A stretch of 64,000 nt of DNA from an uncultured Chloroflexia bacterium (GTDB taxonomy: Bacteria > Chloroflexota > Limnocylindria > Limnocylindrales > CSP1-4): contig CAWEYL010000001.1 in the NCBI GenBank assembly GCA_963813335.1, positions 672,001 to 736,000 of the forward strand, read 5' to 3'. A program made the translations under genes and the position numbers. Shown here piece after piece: positions 1 through 10,499 of the stretch. Below the pieces are notes generated by a model. That model was not told the origin of the DNA. It saw only the letters and a list, made by a program, of their open reading frames with translations, and did no database searches. The number at the start of each line of letters is the position of its first letter. Position 1 is the first letter of the stretch.

Positions 1-1455
1 TCGGCCGCGCTGGCTGCGATGCAGGGCACCGCCGACGCGTCCGGTTCCGCCGCGGACGGTGGCGCCGCTCCGACCGAGGCGGCGATCAGCGCGATCGAGG
101 CGTGGGAGGCCCGCGCCGCCGAGATGCGGGCGCGCCGGGACCGCCTGGCCGAGCAGGCCGCGACCGCCGACGCCGCCCGCCGCGAGGCGGAAGCGCGACG
201 GACGCGTGCCGAGACCGGCATCGCCCTGGCTGAGGAGCGGATGGCTCGGGCCGACCGCGAGCTCGAGGGTCTCGACCTTCGCGCTCGCGACCTCGCCGCC
301 GAACGCGATCGTCTGCGCACGGACCTCGCGACCGCCGTCGTGGCCGAGGCGGCCGCCAGGCAGGCGCTCGCCGAGCTGCACGCCGCGGATGCCGCGGACC
401 GGGAGCGGCTGGCGACCGCGGAGCAGGGCGCGTCCTCGGCCCGGGAGCGGCTCCGTGCCGCCGACGACCGGTTGCGCACCGCCGATCGGGCGGAGCTGGA
501 GGCCCGGCTGGGGCTCGATGCCCTGCGCGAGAGCGTGCTCGTCGACCTCGCCGGCCTCGGGGCGCCAGGACTGCTGCATCTCGCCGCGGTGACCGGCATG
601 GCCGTGCCGGCAGCTCCGGTCGCCGGTGCCGCATCGGACGCCGACGCCGATCCGGAGGCCGAGGTCGAGGTCGAGATCGACGGCGGCGGCGACACCGCCG
701 CCTTCGAGGCCGCGCTCGACGCGGCCGCCGAGCGCTGGGCTGCCGCCGCGCCGACCGGGATCGCGCCCGGACCGGCCCGCCTGGGCCAGCTCCGCCGCCG
801 GTTCCACGAGCTCGGCGCCGTCAACCCGTACGCGGTCGACGAGTACGCAGAATTGAAGACCCGGCTCGAGACGCTCGAGACGCAGGCGAGCGACCTGCGG
901 ACCGCGATCGTCCGGACGCGCGAGCTCATCGCCGAGCTCGAGACCATGATCGCCGACCAGTTCCAGACGACGTTCCGCGCCCTCGAGGTCGCCTTCGCAT
1001 CGCGCTTCGAGCAGCTCTTCGGCGGCGGCTTCGCGCGCATCTCGCTGACCGATCCGTCGGACCTCGGCTCGACCGGCGTCGAGATCGTCGCGCGCCCGCC
1101 CGGCAAGAAGGCCCAGGCGCTCGCCATGCTGTCGGGCGGCGAGCGCGCACTGACGGCCGTCGCGCTGCTGTTCGCGATGCTCGAGGTCCGTCCCGTCCCG
1201 TTCTGCGTGCTCGACGAGGTGGATGCCGCGCTCGACGAGGCCAACGTGGGCCGCTTCGCCGACGCGCTGCGCAGTCTCGCCCACCAGACGCAGTTCGTGG
1301 TCATCACCCACAACCGGGGCACGATCGAGGCGGCCGATGCGCTGTACGGCGTCACCGTCGGCGACGACTCGGTCAGCCGCGTGATCAGCCTCCGGCTCGA
1401 CGAGGCCCAGGCGCTCGCCGACCAGGGTCGCGGCGAGCTCGCGCCGGCCCGCTGA
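1..1455 (+). CDS. smc: Chromosome segregation protein SMC, C-terminal part (5' truncated by window edge)
   Basis: Coiled coil followed by the LSGGE signature, Walker B PFCVLDEVDAALDEAN and the QFVVITH motif; adjacent to ftsY. Confidence 0.95.
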   Translation, partial: SAALAAMQGTADASGSAADGGAAPTEAAISAIEAWEARAAEMRARRDRLAEQAATADAARREAEARRTRAETGIALAEERMARADRELEGLDLRARDLAAERDRLRTDLATAVVAEAAARQALAELHAADAADRERLATAEQGASSARERLRAADDRLRTADRAELEARLGLDALRESVLVDLAGLGAPGLLHLAAVTGMAVPAAPVAGAASDADADPEAEVEVEIDGGGDTAAFEAALDAAAERWAAAAPTGIAPGPARLGQLRRRFHELGAVNPYAVDEYAELKTRLETLETQASDLRTAIVRTRELIAELETMIADQFQTTFRALEVAFASRFEQLFGGGFARISLTDPSDLGSTGVEIVARPPGKKAQALAMLSGGERALTAVALLFAMLEVRPVPFCVLDEVDAALDEANVGRFADALRSLAHQTQFVVITHNRGTIEAADALYGVTVGDDSVSRVISLRLDEAQALADQGRGELAPAR

Positions 1456-2747
1456 TGCCGTTCTGGCGCCGGAAGAGCGAGGAGGCCGAGCCGGCCGAGT
1501 CCGAAGCCGAGGAGGCGCTGCCGAGCCCGGAGGACGTCGAGCCCGGCTGGGAGCCCGATCCCGCCGACTTCGATGACCCGGCCTCGGCGGGCGGACCGAC
1601 CGGCCCGGAACCGGAGTTCGCACCGACCGCCGAGACGGCGTGGTCGATCGTGCAGCCCGGGCTCGTCGTCCCGGAACCGGTTCATGAGCCCGAGACGGGG
1701 AGCGCGGCGTCCGCGCCCGAGCCGATCCCGCCGTCGGCGGAGCCGCCGGCGCCAGAGCCCCGGGCCGTCTGGATCGCGATCCCCGAACCCGTCTACCCGT
1801 CCCCATCCCAGCCGGTCGTGCCCGCCACGGGACCCGAACCGGCGCACGAGGCGCCGCACGAAGGCTCGCTCGATGCGGGCCTCGAGCGGACTCGTGGCGG
1901 GTTCATGTCGCGCCTGCGCGGCTTCCTCGCCGGCGGCCCCGAAGGCCCGTCGTGGGACGACGTCGAGGAGACGCTGATCGCCGGTGACGTCGGGGCGGCG
2001 CTCGCGATGGACGTGGTCGAGCGCGCCCGCCGCCGGCGCGATCCGGCCGGTGCCGAAGCGGCGGTCCGTGCCGAGCTCGCCGCCCTCCTCGTCCCGCGCG
2101 ACCCGGCCTGGGCGCCGCGGCCCTCGGTCGAGGGCGGGCCCGCCGTGATCCTGGTCGTGGGCGTCAACGGGACCGGCAAGACCACCAGCATCGGCAAGCT
2201 CGCCAGTCGCTACGCCGGGGAGGGCCACCGGGTGATCCTCGCCGCGGCCGACACGTTCCGGGCCGCGGCCATCGACCAGCTCCGCATCTGGGCCGAGCGG
2301 GCCGGGACCGAGATGGTCGCCCACGCCCCGGGCGCGGACCCCGGTGCGGTCGTCTACGACGCCCTGGACGCCGCGGTCGCCCGCGGCGCGGACCTGGTGA
2401 TCGCGGACACGGCCGGCCGGCTCCACACGAAGTCGAACCTGATGGACGAGCTTTCCAAGATCCGCCGCATCATCGACAAGCGCCTGCCGGGCGCCGCCCC
2501 GGAGACGTTCTTCGTGCTCGACGCCACCACCGGCCAGAACGGCCTGGCCCAGGCGAAGGCGTTCCACGAGGCGGTCGGCCTGACCGGGATCATCCTGACC
2601 AAGCTCAATTCGACGGCCAAGGGCGGCATCGTCTTCGCGATCGAGGACGGGCTGCACATCCCGGTCCGCTTCGTCGGCGTGGGCGAGCAGGCCGGCGACC
2701 TGATCGCGTTCGAGCCGGACGCCTTCGTCGCGGCGCTCTTCGCCTAG
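1455..2747 (+). CDS. ftsY: SRP receptor FtsY with acidic Pro/Glu-rich N-terminus
   Basis: [28 protein letters not shown]; G4 motif reads TKLN (see findings). Confidence 0.95.
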   Translation: MPFWRRKSEEAEPAESEAEEALPSPEDVEPGWEPDPADFDDPASAGGPTGPEPEFAPTAETAWSIVQPGLVVPEPVHEPETGSAASAPEPIPPSAEPPAPEPRAVWIAIPEPVYPSPSQPVVPATGPEPAHEAPHEGSLDAGLERTRGGFMSRLRGFLAGGPEGPSWDDVEETLIAGDVGAALAMDVVERARRRRDPAGAEAAVRAELAALLVPRDPAWAPRPSVEGGPAVILVVGVNGTGKTTSIGKLASRYAGEGHRVILAAADTFRAAAIDQLRIWAERAGTEMVAHAPGADPGAVVYDALDAAVARGADLVIADTAGRLHTKSNLMDELSKIRRIIDKRLPGAAPETFFVLDATTGQNGLAQAKAFHEAVGLTGIILTKLNSTAKGGIVFAIEDGLHIPVRFVGVGEQAGDLIAFEPDAFVAALFA

Positions 2748-4054
2748 CCGCCGATCGGGCGGTCGCGCTCGATCTCCTCGACGGCGCCGACCGTCCCGGC
2801 GTCGAGCACCACCGGCAGCTGCCGGAGCTGGCGGACGGGCGAGAACCACAGGATCAGCACCCCGATCGCGCCGAAGAACGGGGTGATCCACATCGTCGCG
2901 CGAAGGCCGATCGCCACGGCCAGCACGCCGGCCAGCAGCGTCGTGATCAGCTGGGCGATCCCCGAGGCGACCACGAACGTCGACGAGACCCGGCCCAGCG
3001 CCCGGTCCTCGACCAGCGTCTGGCGCACGACGACCTCGGAGATGTCGTAGACCTGCAGCGAGGAATCGCCGAGGAGCTGCGCGAGGACCAGGAACGTGAT
3101 CGCGACGAGCGGTGCCCCCACCGGCGCCAGCGGCACGAACAGGTTGCTGATCGTCGAGAGGACGAGCGCCGCGATGACCACCGGCCCGACGCCCCAGCGC
3201 CGGGTGACCGGCCCCGTGATGAGCGCGCCCACGAGCGACGAGACCCCGCCCACGGCGGCGACCACGCCGAGCGCCCCGGGCCCGAGGCCCAGCTCGTCCA
3301 CGGTGAAGAGCCACCAGGTCGTGCCGAAGATGCCCCAGATCATGGAGATCGCCACCTGCGAGCCCGCGAACGCCCGCAGGATCGGGTCGTGCCGGACGAG
3401 CCGGATGCCATCCCGGATCTCGTCGATCACCGGGGACCGGTCGGCGCGCGGTGGCGAGGGTGGCTCCTCCTTGTGGATCGTCCCGAGCAGCACGGCGGAG
3501 ACGAGGAAGGTCACCGCGTCGATGGCGATCGTGACTGGCGCGGTCAGCACCTGGACCAGGACGCCGCCGAGTCCGAAGGCGAGGACCTCCGAGGCGGAGC
3601 CGCTCGCCGACAATGCCGCATTCGCATCGGTCAGCTGCTCGCGCTCGACGACGGTCGGCAGGTACGCGTTGTCGGCCGAGTCGAAGAAGACGGTCAGCAC
3701 GGCCGCGATGCCGGTCACGACCAGCAGGTGCGGGAACGTCAGCACCCCGAGCGCGAACGCGACCGGGATCGAGCCCAAGAGCACGGCCCGCCCGAGATCG
3801 GCCCAGATCAGGACCGGGCGGCGGCGCAGCCGGTCCACCCAGGCGCCCGCGACCAGCCCGAACACGAGGGCCGCGATCAGGTCGAGGCTGCGCAGGATCG
3901 ACATCTCGACCGGCCCGGCGCCGAGGACGAGGATGGCGACGAGCGGCAGCGCGATCCTGGTGACCAGCGAGCCGAAGACCGAGACGGTCGACGCGGCCCA
4001 GACACGGCGGAACGCGCTGTTGCGCCAGAGCACGGATTCGAAGGGGTTGCGCAC
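2744..4054 (-). CDS. MFS transporter (DHA3/EntS-like)
   Basis: About 12 hydrophobic segments and the GAWVDRLRRR motif A; GTG at 4054 chosen because a TATGCT -10 box lies 8 nt upstream. Confidence 0.85.
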   Translation of the reverse strand: MRNPFESVLWRNSAFRRVWAASTVSVFGSLVTRIALPLVAILVLGAGPVEMSILRSLDLIAALVFGLVAGAWVDRLRRRPVLIWADLGRAVLLGSIPVAFALGVLTFPHLLVVTGIAAVLTVFFDSADNAYLPTVVEREQLTDANAALSASGSASEVLAFGLGGVLVQVLTAPVTIAIDAVTFLVSAVLLGTIHKEEPPSPPRADRSPVIDEIRDGIRLVRHDPILRAFAGSQVAISMIWGIFGTTWWLFTVDELGLGPGALGVVAAVGGVSSLVGALITGPVTRRWGVGPVVIAALVLSTISNLFVPLAPVGAPLVAITFLVLAQLLGDSSLQVYDISEVVVRQTLVEDRALGRVSSTFVVASGIAQLITTLLAGVLAVAIGLRATMWITPFFGAIGVLILWFSPVRQLRQLPVVLDAGTVGAVEEIERDRPIGG

Positions 4055-4229
4055 GACGGCGGAGCATAGTCGGTGCGCGACCCGGACCATCGTCCCAACG
4101 GCGGGCGCGCGGAGGCTGCGCTACACTTCGGCACGCCTCGGTGCGTCAGAACCCGCGCACCACCCGGTCCGTCCGCGAGCGATCGTCGACCGGCCGGTCG
4201 AACCACCTGCTGGAGTCCCCACCCGGACC

Positions 4230-5564
4230 ATGTTCGACACCCTCAGCGAACGGCTTCGCAAGACCCTCGGCACCCTGACCGGCCGCGGTCGGATCAGCGA
4301 GGCCGACGTCGATGCCGCCATGCGCGAGGTGCGTTTGGCGCTGCTCGAGGCCGACGTCAATTTCAAGGTCGTCAAGGACTTCGTGGCCCGGGTCCGCGAG
4401 AAGGCGGTCGGCGCCGACGTCCTCGAAAGCCTCACCGCCGGCCAGCAGGTCGTGAAGATCGTCAACGACGAGCTCGTCGAGCTGCTCTCGGCGGGCGACC
4501 GGACCTTCCACCTCTCGGGCAACCCGGCGGTGGTCGCGATGGTCGGCCTGCAGGGCTCCGGCAAGACGACATCCACCGCGAAGCTCGCCCGCCACATCGT
4601 CAAGCTGGGCCGACGCCCGATGCTGGTCGCCGCGGACCCGTACCGCCCGGCGGCCGCGGACCAGCTCGAGACGCTCGGCAAGAGCCTCGACATCCCGGTC
4701 TTCCGCGCCCCGCCCGGCACGAGCGTCCCGGACATCGCCCGCCTCGGCGTCGAGGCCGCGAAGCGCCAGGTCCGCGACGTGGTCATCCTCGACACCGCCG
4801 GCCGGCTCACGATCGACGAGGCCCTGATGGCCGAGATCGCCGCCGTCAACGCCGCCGTCAGGCCGGTCGAGACGCTGCTGGTGGTCGATGCCATGACCGG
4901 CCAGGAGGCCGTCGCGGTCGCGCAGGCGTTCGTCGCCGCCGTCCCGGTGACCGGCCTGATCCTGACCAAGATCGACGGCGACGCCCGCGGCGGCGCCGCG
5001 CTCTCGATCTCGGCGGTCACCGGCGTCCCGGTCAAGTTCCTCGGGACCAGCGAGAAGACCGACGGCCTGGAGGTCTTCTACCCGGACCGCCTCGCCGGGC
5101 GGATCCTCGGGATGGGCGACATCCTGACGCTCGTCGAGCGAGCCCAGGAGACCTTCGACACCAACCAGGCGGCCAAGCTCGAGGAGAAGCTGCGCAAGAA
5201 CAGCTTCACGCTCGAGGACATGCTCGAGCAGCTCCAGCAGGTCCAGAAGATGGGCCCGCTCGGGCAGATCATGTCGATGATCCCCGGGATGGGCAGCATG
5301 GCCGGCGAGGCGCAGGCCGCCGTGGACCGGGGCGACCTCAAGCGGACCGAAGCGATCATCCGGGCGATGACGCCCGTCGAGCGGCGCGATCCGACCGTCC
5401 TCAACGCCTCCCGGCGACGCCGCATCGCGGCGGGCTCCGGGACCACCCTTCCCGACGTCAATCGTCTCGTGAAGCAATTCGCCGAGATGCAGAAGGTCAT
5501 GAAGCAACTTTCCGGGGCTGGCGGTCGGCGGGCCGCCATGAGCGCCCTGTCCGGCCGCCGATGA
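4230..5564 (+). CDS. ffh: Signal recognition particle protein Ffh
   Basis: Starts MFDTLSERL; GLQGSGKTT, DTAGR, TKIDGDARGG; Met-rich M domain with RIAAGSG. Confidence 0.97.
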   Translation: MFDTLSERLRKTLGTLTGRGRISEADVDAAMREVRLALLEADVNFKVVKDFVARVREKAVGADVLESLTAGQQVVKIVNDELVELLSAGDRTFHLSGNPAVVAMVGLQGSGKTTSTAKLARHIVKLGRRPMLVAADPYRPAAADQLETLGKSLDIPVFRAPPGTSVPDIARLGVEAAKRQVRDVVILDTAGRLTIDEALMAEIAAVNAAVRPVETLLVVDAMTGQEAVAVAQAFVAAVPVTGLILTKIDGDARGGAALSISAVTGVPVKFLGTSEKTDGLEVFYPDRLAGRILGMGDILTLVERAQETFDTNQAAKLEEKLRKNSFTLEDMLEQLQQVQKMGPLGQIMSMIPGMGSMAGEAQAAVDRGDLKRTEAIIRAMTPVERRDPTVLNASRRRRIAAGSGTTLPDVNRLVKQFAEMQKVMKQLSGAGGRRAAMSALSGRR

Positions 5565-5592
5565 CCAGGCTCGAAGCAGAGGGGACAGACCG

Positions 5593-7479
5593 ATGACCGA
5601 CCAGCCCAACGACCCGGGGGACCCGACGACCGTCGTCCCGACACCCGCGGTCCCGACGCCCGACGCGGCGCCGCAGCACGAGTTCGTGCCCGCCGAGCCG
5701 GCGACCAGCGCCGCGCCGCTGACCGCCGTCGACGCACCCGCAGGCCCCAGCCGTCGCCGCTGGGGCGTCGCCCTCGCGGCGATCGCGGTGGTCGTCGCCA
5801 TCAGTGCCGCGGCCGTCTACGCGCTCACCGGTGCCGCACCGAACGCGACCGTCCTCGGCTACGTCCCGTCCGGCAGCGTCATGTACGGCGAGTTCCGGAT
5901 GGACCTCCCGGGCGGGCAGGACCGCAAGGTCGCGGAGTTCCTCTCGCACTTCCCAGGCTTCGCCGACCAGTCGTCGATCCAGACGAAGGTCAACGAGACG
6001 CTCGACCAGATCGTCGGCAAGGCCTCGGACGGCAAGCAGACCTACGCGAAGGACGTCGAGCCGTGGTTCAGCGGCCAGATCGCCTTCAGCGTCGGTGAGC
6101 TGCCCGATCCCAAGACCGTCGCCGGCGGCAGCGCCGGCTCCGAGACCCACGCCCTGCTGCTGCTCTCGGTGAAGGACGCCGCCCTGGCGCAGGCCTGGTT
6201 CGACCAGCTCTTCGCCGACGGCAAGACCGCGGTCACCACCTCTGACTACTCGGGCACGACCATCACCGCGCCGACGACGCAGGGGACGCCGCCGGCCGGC
6301 ATGGCCATCATCAACGGCAAGGTCGCCGTGATCGGCGACCTTGCGTCGGTCAAGTCCGCGATCGACACCAACGGGGCCGGCGCCTTCGCCAACGAGCCCG
6401 GACCCAAGGCGGCCTTCGCGGCCAGCGACAGCGCCCACCTGGGCCTCGTGTACATGGCGCTCGGCCCGCTCTACGACTGGTCTGCCTCCATGCAGTCCGC
6501 GATGACGAGTGCGCTCCCGAGCGCCGCGCCGACCATCCCGGGCTGCCAGCCATCCGACCTGAACGCGATGGTCGCCGACCTGCTACCCGACTGGGCGAGC
6601 TTCACGGTGAAGGCCGACTCGGACGCCCTGGTCTTCGAGACCGTGTCGCCGCCGCCGGCCAAGGCCATCGGCCCGACCGCGGATCGCACCTCGGACCTCG
6701 TCAAGCACATCCCGGCCAGCGCGATCGCGCTCGCCGTCGTCAACGACTACGGCGCGACCCTCCAGCAGGGCATCGACCTCTACAAGGCGCAGCCGTGCTT
6801 CAAGGACGCCATCACCCAGCTCGAGAAGTCGGCCGACCTGGCCGGCGGCCTCGACGCCATCCTCGGCTGGATCGGCGACACCGCCATCGTCGTCAACGGC
6901 ACGGATCCGCTGCCCGAGGCGGGCATCGTGGTCAAGCCGACCGGCAAGGATGATCCGGCCAAGCTGCTGACCAGCCTCAAGGGCCTCGTGTCGCTCGGTG
7001 GCGGCCAGCAGGGCCTCACCGTCCGGGAAGAGGACCACAACGGGGTCAAGATCACGATCATCGATGCCGGCCCCATCGACAAGCTCACCGGGTCCTCGAT
7101 GACGGCCGCCCCCGGCGTCAAGCTGCCGAGCGGCGACGTCGAGCTGGCCTGGGCGGTCAAGGACGACCTCGTCGTCATCGGCAGCGGCCCGGACTTCGTC
7201 AAGCACGTGCTCGACACCACCGATTCCACGTCGCTCGCGAATGACAGCCGCTACAAGTCCCTGGCGGGACGCGTCGGCGACGGCACCGGGATCACCTTCG
7301 TCGACCTCACGGAGATCCGTGAGCGGACCGAGGCCCTGATCTCGTCGGTCCAGCCGGCCGCCCTCAAGACCTACGAGACCGATGTCAAGCCGTACCTCGT
7401 CCCGTTCGACGCCTTCGTCGCATCAGGCTCGGTCGCGGGCGACATCGACCACTCGAAGGCCATCATCGTCGTCAAGTAG
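5593..7479 (+). CDS. Membrane-anchored extracytoplasmic protein (DUF3352-like)
   Basis: Single N-terminal TM after RRRW, large soluble region with two similar halves, strong coding-type codon usage; family assigned by resemblance only. Confidence 0.6.
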   Translation: MTDQPNDPGDPTTVVPTPAVPTPDAAPQHEFVPAEPATSAAPLTAVDAPAGPSRRRWGVALAAIAVVVAISAAAVYALTGAAPNATVLGYVPSGSVMYGEFRMDLPGGQDRKVAEFLSHFPGFADQSSIQTKVNETLDQIVGKASDGKQTYAKDVEPWFSGQIAFSVGELPDPKTVAGGSAGSETHALLLLSVKDAALAQAWFDQLFADGKTAVTTSDYSGTTITAPTTQGTPPAGMAIINGKVAVIGDLASVKSAIDTNGAGAFANEPGPKAAFAASDSAHLGLVYMALGPLYDWSASMQSAMTSALPSAAPTIPGCQPSDLNAMVADLLPDWASFTVKADSDALVFETVSPPPAKAIGPTADRTSDLVKHIPASAIALAVVNDYGATLQQGIDLYKAQPCFKDAITQLEKSADLAGGLDAILGWIGDTAIVVNGTDPLPEAGIVVKPTGKDDPAKLLTSLKGLVSLGGGQQGLTVREEDHNGVKITIIDAGPIDKLTGSSMTAAPGVKLPSGDVELAWAVKDDLVVIGSGPDFVKHVLDTTDSTSLANDSRYKSLAGRVGDGTGITFVDLTEIRERTEALISSVQPAALKTYETDVKPYLVPFDAFVASGSVAGDIDHSKAIIVVK

Positions 7480-7485
7480 CGAAGA

Positions 7486-7508
7486 CCGGGGTGCCCCCAG
7501 CACCCCGG
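7486..7508 (+). terminator. GC-rich hairpin between the DUF3352-like gene and rpsP
   Basis: CCGGGGTGC-CCCCA-GCACCCCGG inverted repeat; no strong U-tract. Confidence 0.4.
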
Positions 7509-7541
7509 CTTCGGAATGCAACTGGAGGAGATGCACCGATC

Positions 7542-7796
7542 ATGGCAGTCCGCATCCGGCTGACGCGCGTGGGCGCGAAGAAGCAGCCGACCTATCGCGT
7601 CGTCGTCGCCGACGGTCGCAGTGCCCGCGACGGCCGCGCCATCGAGACGCTCGGTCACTACAACCCGCGCTCCGAGCCGGTCGAGTTCCAGGTGGACGAG
7701 GACAAGGCCAAGGCCTGGCTCGCCAAGGGAGCCCAGCCGTCCGAGACGGTCAGCCGACTCTTCCGTCAGGCGGGCATCCTGCCCGCCGCCAAGTAG
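7542..7796 (+). CDS. rpsP: 30S ribosomal protein S16
   Basis: [32 protein letters not shown]; GGAGG upstream. Confidence 0.97.
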   Translation: MAVRIRLTRVGAKKQPTYRVVVADGRSARDGRAIETLGHYNPRSEPVEFQVDEDKAKAWLAKGAQPSETVSRLFRQAGILPAAK

Positions 7797-7805
7797 GGGA
7801 CCGAG

Positions 7806-8039
7806 ATGGCCGCCAAGGACCTGGTCGAATACGTCGCCAAGGCGCTCGTCGACGATCCCGACGCCGTGACCGTCGAGCTCGTGCGCGAGGAAGGCGCCAC
7901 GGTCATCGAGCTGCATGTCGCCGAGGACGACATGGGCAAGGTCATCGGGCGCAACGGCAGCGTCGCGAAGGCGCTGCGCACCCTGCTCAAGGTCACGGCC
8001 GCCCGTGACGGCGAGCCGGTCCAGCTCGAGATCCTCTGA
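7806..8039 (+). CDS. khpA: KH-domain RNA-binding protein KhpA (YlqC)
   Basis: DMGKVIGRNG KH motif; conserved position between rpsP and rimM. Confidence 0.93.
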   Translation: MAAKDLVEYVAKALVDDPDAVTVELVREEGATVIELHVAEDDMGKVIGRNGSVAKALRTLLKVTAARDGEPVQLEIL

Positions 8040-8728
8040 GCGTCGACGAACGGCTCGTGGTCGCCCTCGTCCGAGGGGTCCACGGGCTGCACGGCGCCGT
8101 CCGGGTGGAGGTCCTGACCGACCATCCGGAGACCCGCTTCGTGCCGGGGACCGTGCTCCATCGTGAGGGGCGCGACGAGCCGCTGACGATCGCCTCCGCC
8201 GAGGCGATCGCCGATGGCCCCGGCTGGCGCGTGCGCTTCCGCGAGGTCGGCTCACGCGATGCCGCCGACACCTTGCGTGGCGCCTACCTCGAGGCCGTGG
8301 TCGTGCCCGAGCTGGAGCTCGGGCGGGGCGAGTACTACTGGCACGAGGTCGTCGGCGTGGCCGTGCGCGGCGTCGACGGCGCCGAGCTCGGCACGGTCCG
8401 CGACATCTACCGCGTCGGCGAGAACGACGTCCTGGTCGTCGATGGCGGCACGGTCGCGCCGTTCGACCTGCCCGCGGTGCGGGCGTTCATCCGGGTCTTC
8501 GCGCCTCGCCGCGGCGAGATCGTGGTCGACGCCGAGTCGCTCGACCTGCGCCCGGCCAAGTCGAAGACGCCCGACCCGGACCGCCCGAAGGCGCCGCGGC
8601 GGCGCAGCCGGAAGCCGGCCACGACGGCCCCGCCGGCGACCCCGCCCGGCGACGCCGCGACGGCCACGACGGAGTCGGCCGCGACGGAGCCGGCCGCGGC
8701 CGAGCGGCCCGCACCGTCTCGGCCATGA
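8036..8728 (+). CDS. rimM: 16S rRNA processing protein RimM with low-complexity C-terminal tail
   Basis: VHGLHGAV and EYYWHEVVG motifs; start uncertain (CTG 8036 overlapping the khpA stop, or GTG 8057). Confidence 0.9.
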   Translation: MSVDERLVVALVRGVHGLHGAVRVEVLTDHPETRFVPGTVLHREGRDEPLTIASAEAIADGPGWRVRFREVGSRDAADTLRGAYLEAVVVPELELGRGEYYWHEVVGVAVRGVDGAELGTVRDIYRVGENDVLVVDGGTVAPFDLPAVRAFIRVFAPRRGEIVVDAESLDLRPAKSKTPDPDRPKAPRRRSRKPATTAPPATPPGDAATATTESAATEPAAAERPAPSRP

Positions 8729-9420
8729 CCCTCGAGATCGATGTCCTGACGCTGTTCCCGGCGATGTTCGCAGGGCCGCTCGGCGACAGCATCCCGGGCC
8801 GGATCCAGGAGCGGGGCCTGGCCACGATCCGGATCCGCGACCTGCGCGAGTGGGGCCTCGGCAAGCACCGCTCCGTGGATGACGCCCCGTACGGTGGCGG
8901 CGCCGGCATGGTGCTCCGGCCGGAGCCGGTCGCGGCCGCGCTCGACGACCTGCGCCGGCCCGACTCGACCACGATCCTCATGGACCCCGCCGGGGAGGTC
9001 TTCCGCCACGCCCGTGCCGCGGACCTCGCGACGCGCAGCCACTGCATCTTCGTGTGCCCGCGCTACGAGGGCGTCGACGAGCGCATCCGCTCGCTCGTGG
9101 ACCTCGAGCTCTCGATCGGCGACTACGTCCTCTCGGGCGGGGAGCTGCCGGCGCTCGTCGTGATCGACGCGGTGCTGCGCCTGCTCCCCGGGGCCATCGA
9201 CGACGCCTCCACGGCCGAGGAGTCGTTCAGCGCGGGCATCCTCGAGTACCCGCAGTACACGCGCCCGGCCACCTTCCGCGGCATGGACGTGCCGGCGATC
9301 CTGTCATCCGGCGACCACGCGGCCGTCCGTCGCTGGCGCGACGAGCAGGCACTCGCCCGCACCCGGGAACGGCGGCCCGACCTGCTCGAGCCGCCGGCCG
9401 CCGACGCCGACGCCGACTGA
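8725..9420 (+). CDS. trmD: tRNA (guanine37-N1)-methyltransferase
   Basis: [39 protein letters not shown]. Confidence 0.97.
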   Translation: MTLEIDVLTLFPAMFAGPLGDSIPGRIQERGLATIRIRDLREWGLGKHRSVDDAPYGGGAGMVLRPEPVAAALDDLRRPDSTTILMDPAGEVFRHARAADLATRSHCIFVCPRYEGVDERIRSLVDLELSIGDYVLSGGELPALVVIDAVLRLLPGAIDDASTAEESFSAGILEYPQYTRPATFRGMDVPAILSSGDHAAVRRWRDEQALARTRERRPDLLEPPAADADAD

Positions 9421-9457
9421 CGACGGAGGCGCCGACTGAGCGCCTAGACTCCGCGGC

Positions 9458-9931
9458 ATGCCGGGTGAGCCGCTCCTGCTCGAGATCGCCGCGCTTGCCG
9501 TCGTGGTCGCCGGGTTCACCGCCGTGACCGCCGTGCTGGTGCCGACGGGCGGATCGTGGCACCCGGCCATGCGGATCCGGCAGCGGGCCGTCGTCTCGAC
9601 GAGCTTCAACGTCATGTTCGAGGCACTCGCGCCGTCGATCGCGTTCGCCTGGCTGGGCGACGCGCATGCCGCGCTCGTCGTGGCCAGCGCTGGCGTGGCC
9701 GTGTATGCGACGGGGATCGTGATCTGGCGCGCACGCCAGTTCCTGCGAGCGGGTGGCCCCTGGACGCGAACGACGGTCGTGCTCTTCAGCCTCGGCCCGA
9801 TCGCGGTGCTGCTCTTCTGGGCGAACGCGCTCGTGTTCGCCTCGGTGGCCGTCTACGCGCTCGCGCTGTGCATCCAGCTCTCGGTCGCGGCGGTGAGCTT
9901 CTACTCGCTCGTCTCGGCCTCCCAGAGCTGA
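9458..9931 (+). CDS. Hypothetical integral membrane protein
   Basis: About 5 hydrophobic helices; TAGACT box 7 nt before the ATG. Confidence 0.7.
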   Translation: MPGEPLLLEIAALAVVVAGFTAVTAVLVPTGGSWHPAMRIRQRAVVSTSFNVMFEALAPSIAFAWLGDAHAALVVASAGVAVYATGIVIWRARQFLRAGGPWTRTTVVLFSLGPIAVLLFWANALVFASVAVYALALCIQLSVAAVSFYSLVSASQS

Positions 9932-9978
9932 CCGTGCGCTGAACGCCTGACGACGCTCCCGGACCCGCCCGGGGAGCG

Positions 9979-9987
9979 TGCTATACT
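9979..9987 (+). promoter_or_regulatory. Extended -10 promoter of rplS
   Basis: TG-C-TATACT about 80 nt upstream of the rplS start. Confidence 0.65.
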
Positions 9988-10067
9988 CCGCGTCCGGTCG
10001 CTCCAGGCGACCATCCCGACGCCCATCCCCGCAGCCACGGCTGCCCACCAGACCAAGGAAGCGCCGC

Positions 10068-10415
10068 GTGAACGTGCTCGACGAGATCGTGAAGGACCAG
10101 CTCCGGTCCGACCTGCCCGAGCTTGCCTCGGGTGACACCGTCAAGGTGTCGGCCAAGGTCGTCGAGGGCAACCGCGAGCGCATCCAGGTCTTCGAAGGCA
10201 CCGTCATGCGCCTGCGCGGCGGCGGGATCACCCGCTCCATCACCGTCCGGCGCATCGCATCCGGCGTCGGTGTCGAGCGGACGTTCAAGATCCACAGCCC
10301 GCGCATCGAGAAGATCGAGGTGGTCCGCCACGGCGTCGCGCGCCGGGCACAGCTCTACTTCCTGCGCGACCGCGTCGGCAAGGCGGCCACCCTCCGCGAG
10401 CGCCGCCAGGGCTAG
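10068..10415 (+). CDS. rplS: 50S ribosomal protein L19
   Basis: GDTVKV...[12 protein letters not shown]...GVGVERTF...RRAQLYFLR; GTG start after AAGGAAG. Confidence 0.97.
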   Translation: MNVLDEIVKDQLRSDLPELASGDTVKVSAKVVEGNRERIQVFEGTVMRLRGGGITRSITVRRIASGVGVERTFKIHSPRIEKIEVVRHGVARRAQLYFLRDRVGKAATLRERRQG

Positions 10416-10444
10416 TCCGGGCCTGTTCGACCGCCAGACACCCA

Positions 10445-10475
10445 CGACCCCGCCGACCGGCGGGGTCGCTTCGTG
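10445..10475 (+). terminator. Probable terminator after rplS
   Basis: CGACCCCGCC-GACC-GGCGGGGTCG hairpin followed by CTTCGT. Confidence 0.6.
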
Positions 10476-10499
10476 TCCGGGGCGCTACGCTAGACCCCG

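Noticed and set aside
3096-4229. Apparent 380-aa N-terminal extension of Ffh
   Set aside because: It is the antisense of the MFS gene; Ffh homology starts at ATG 4230, with a TACACT box at 4122
4128-4229. SRP RNA or other ncRNA upstream of ffh
   Set aside because: No SRP domain IV consensus (CAGG/GGAA/AGCA) visible; only weak stems
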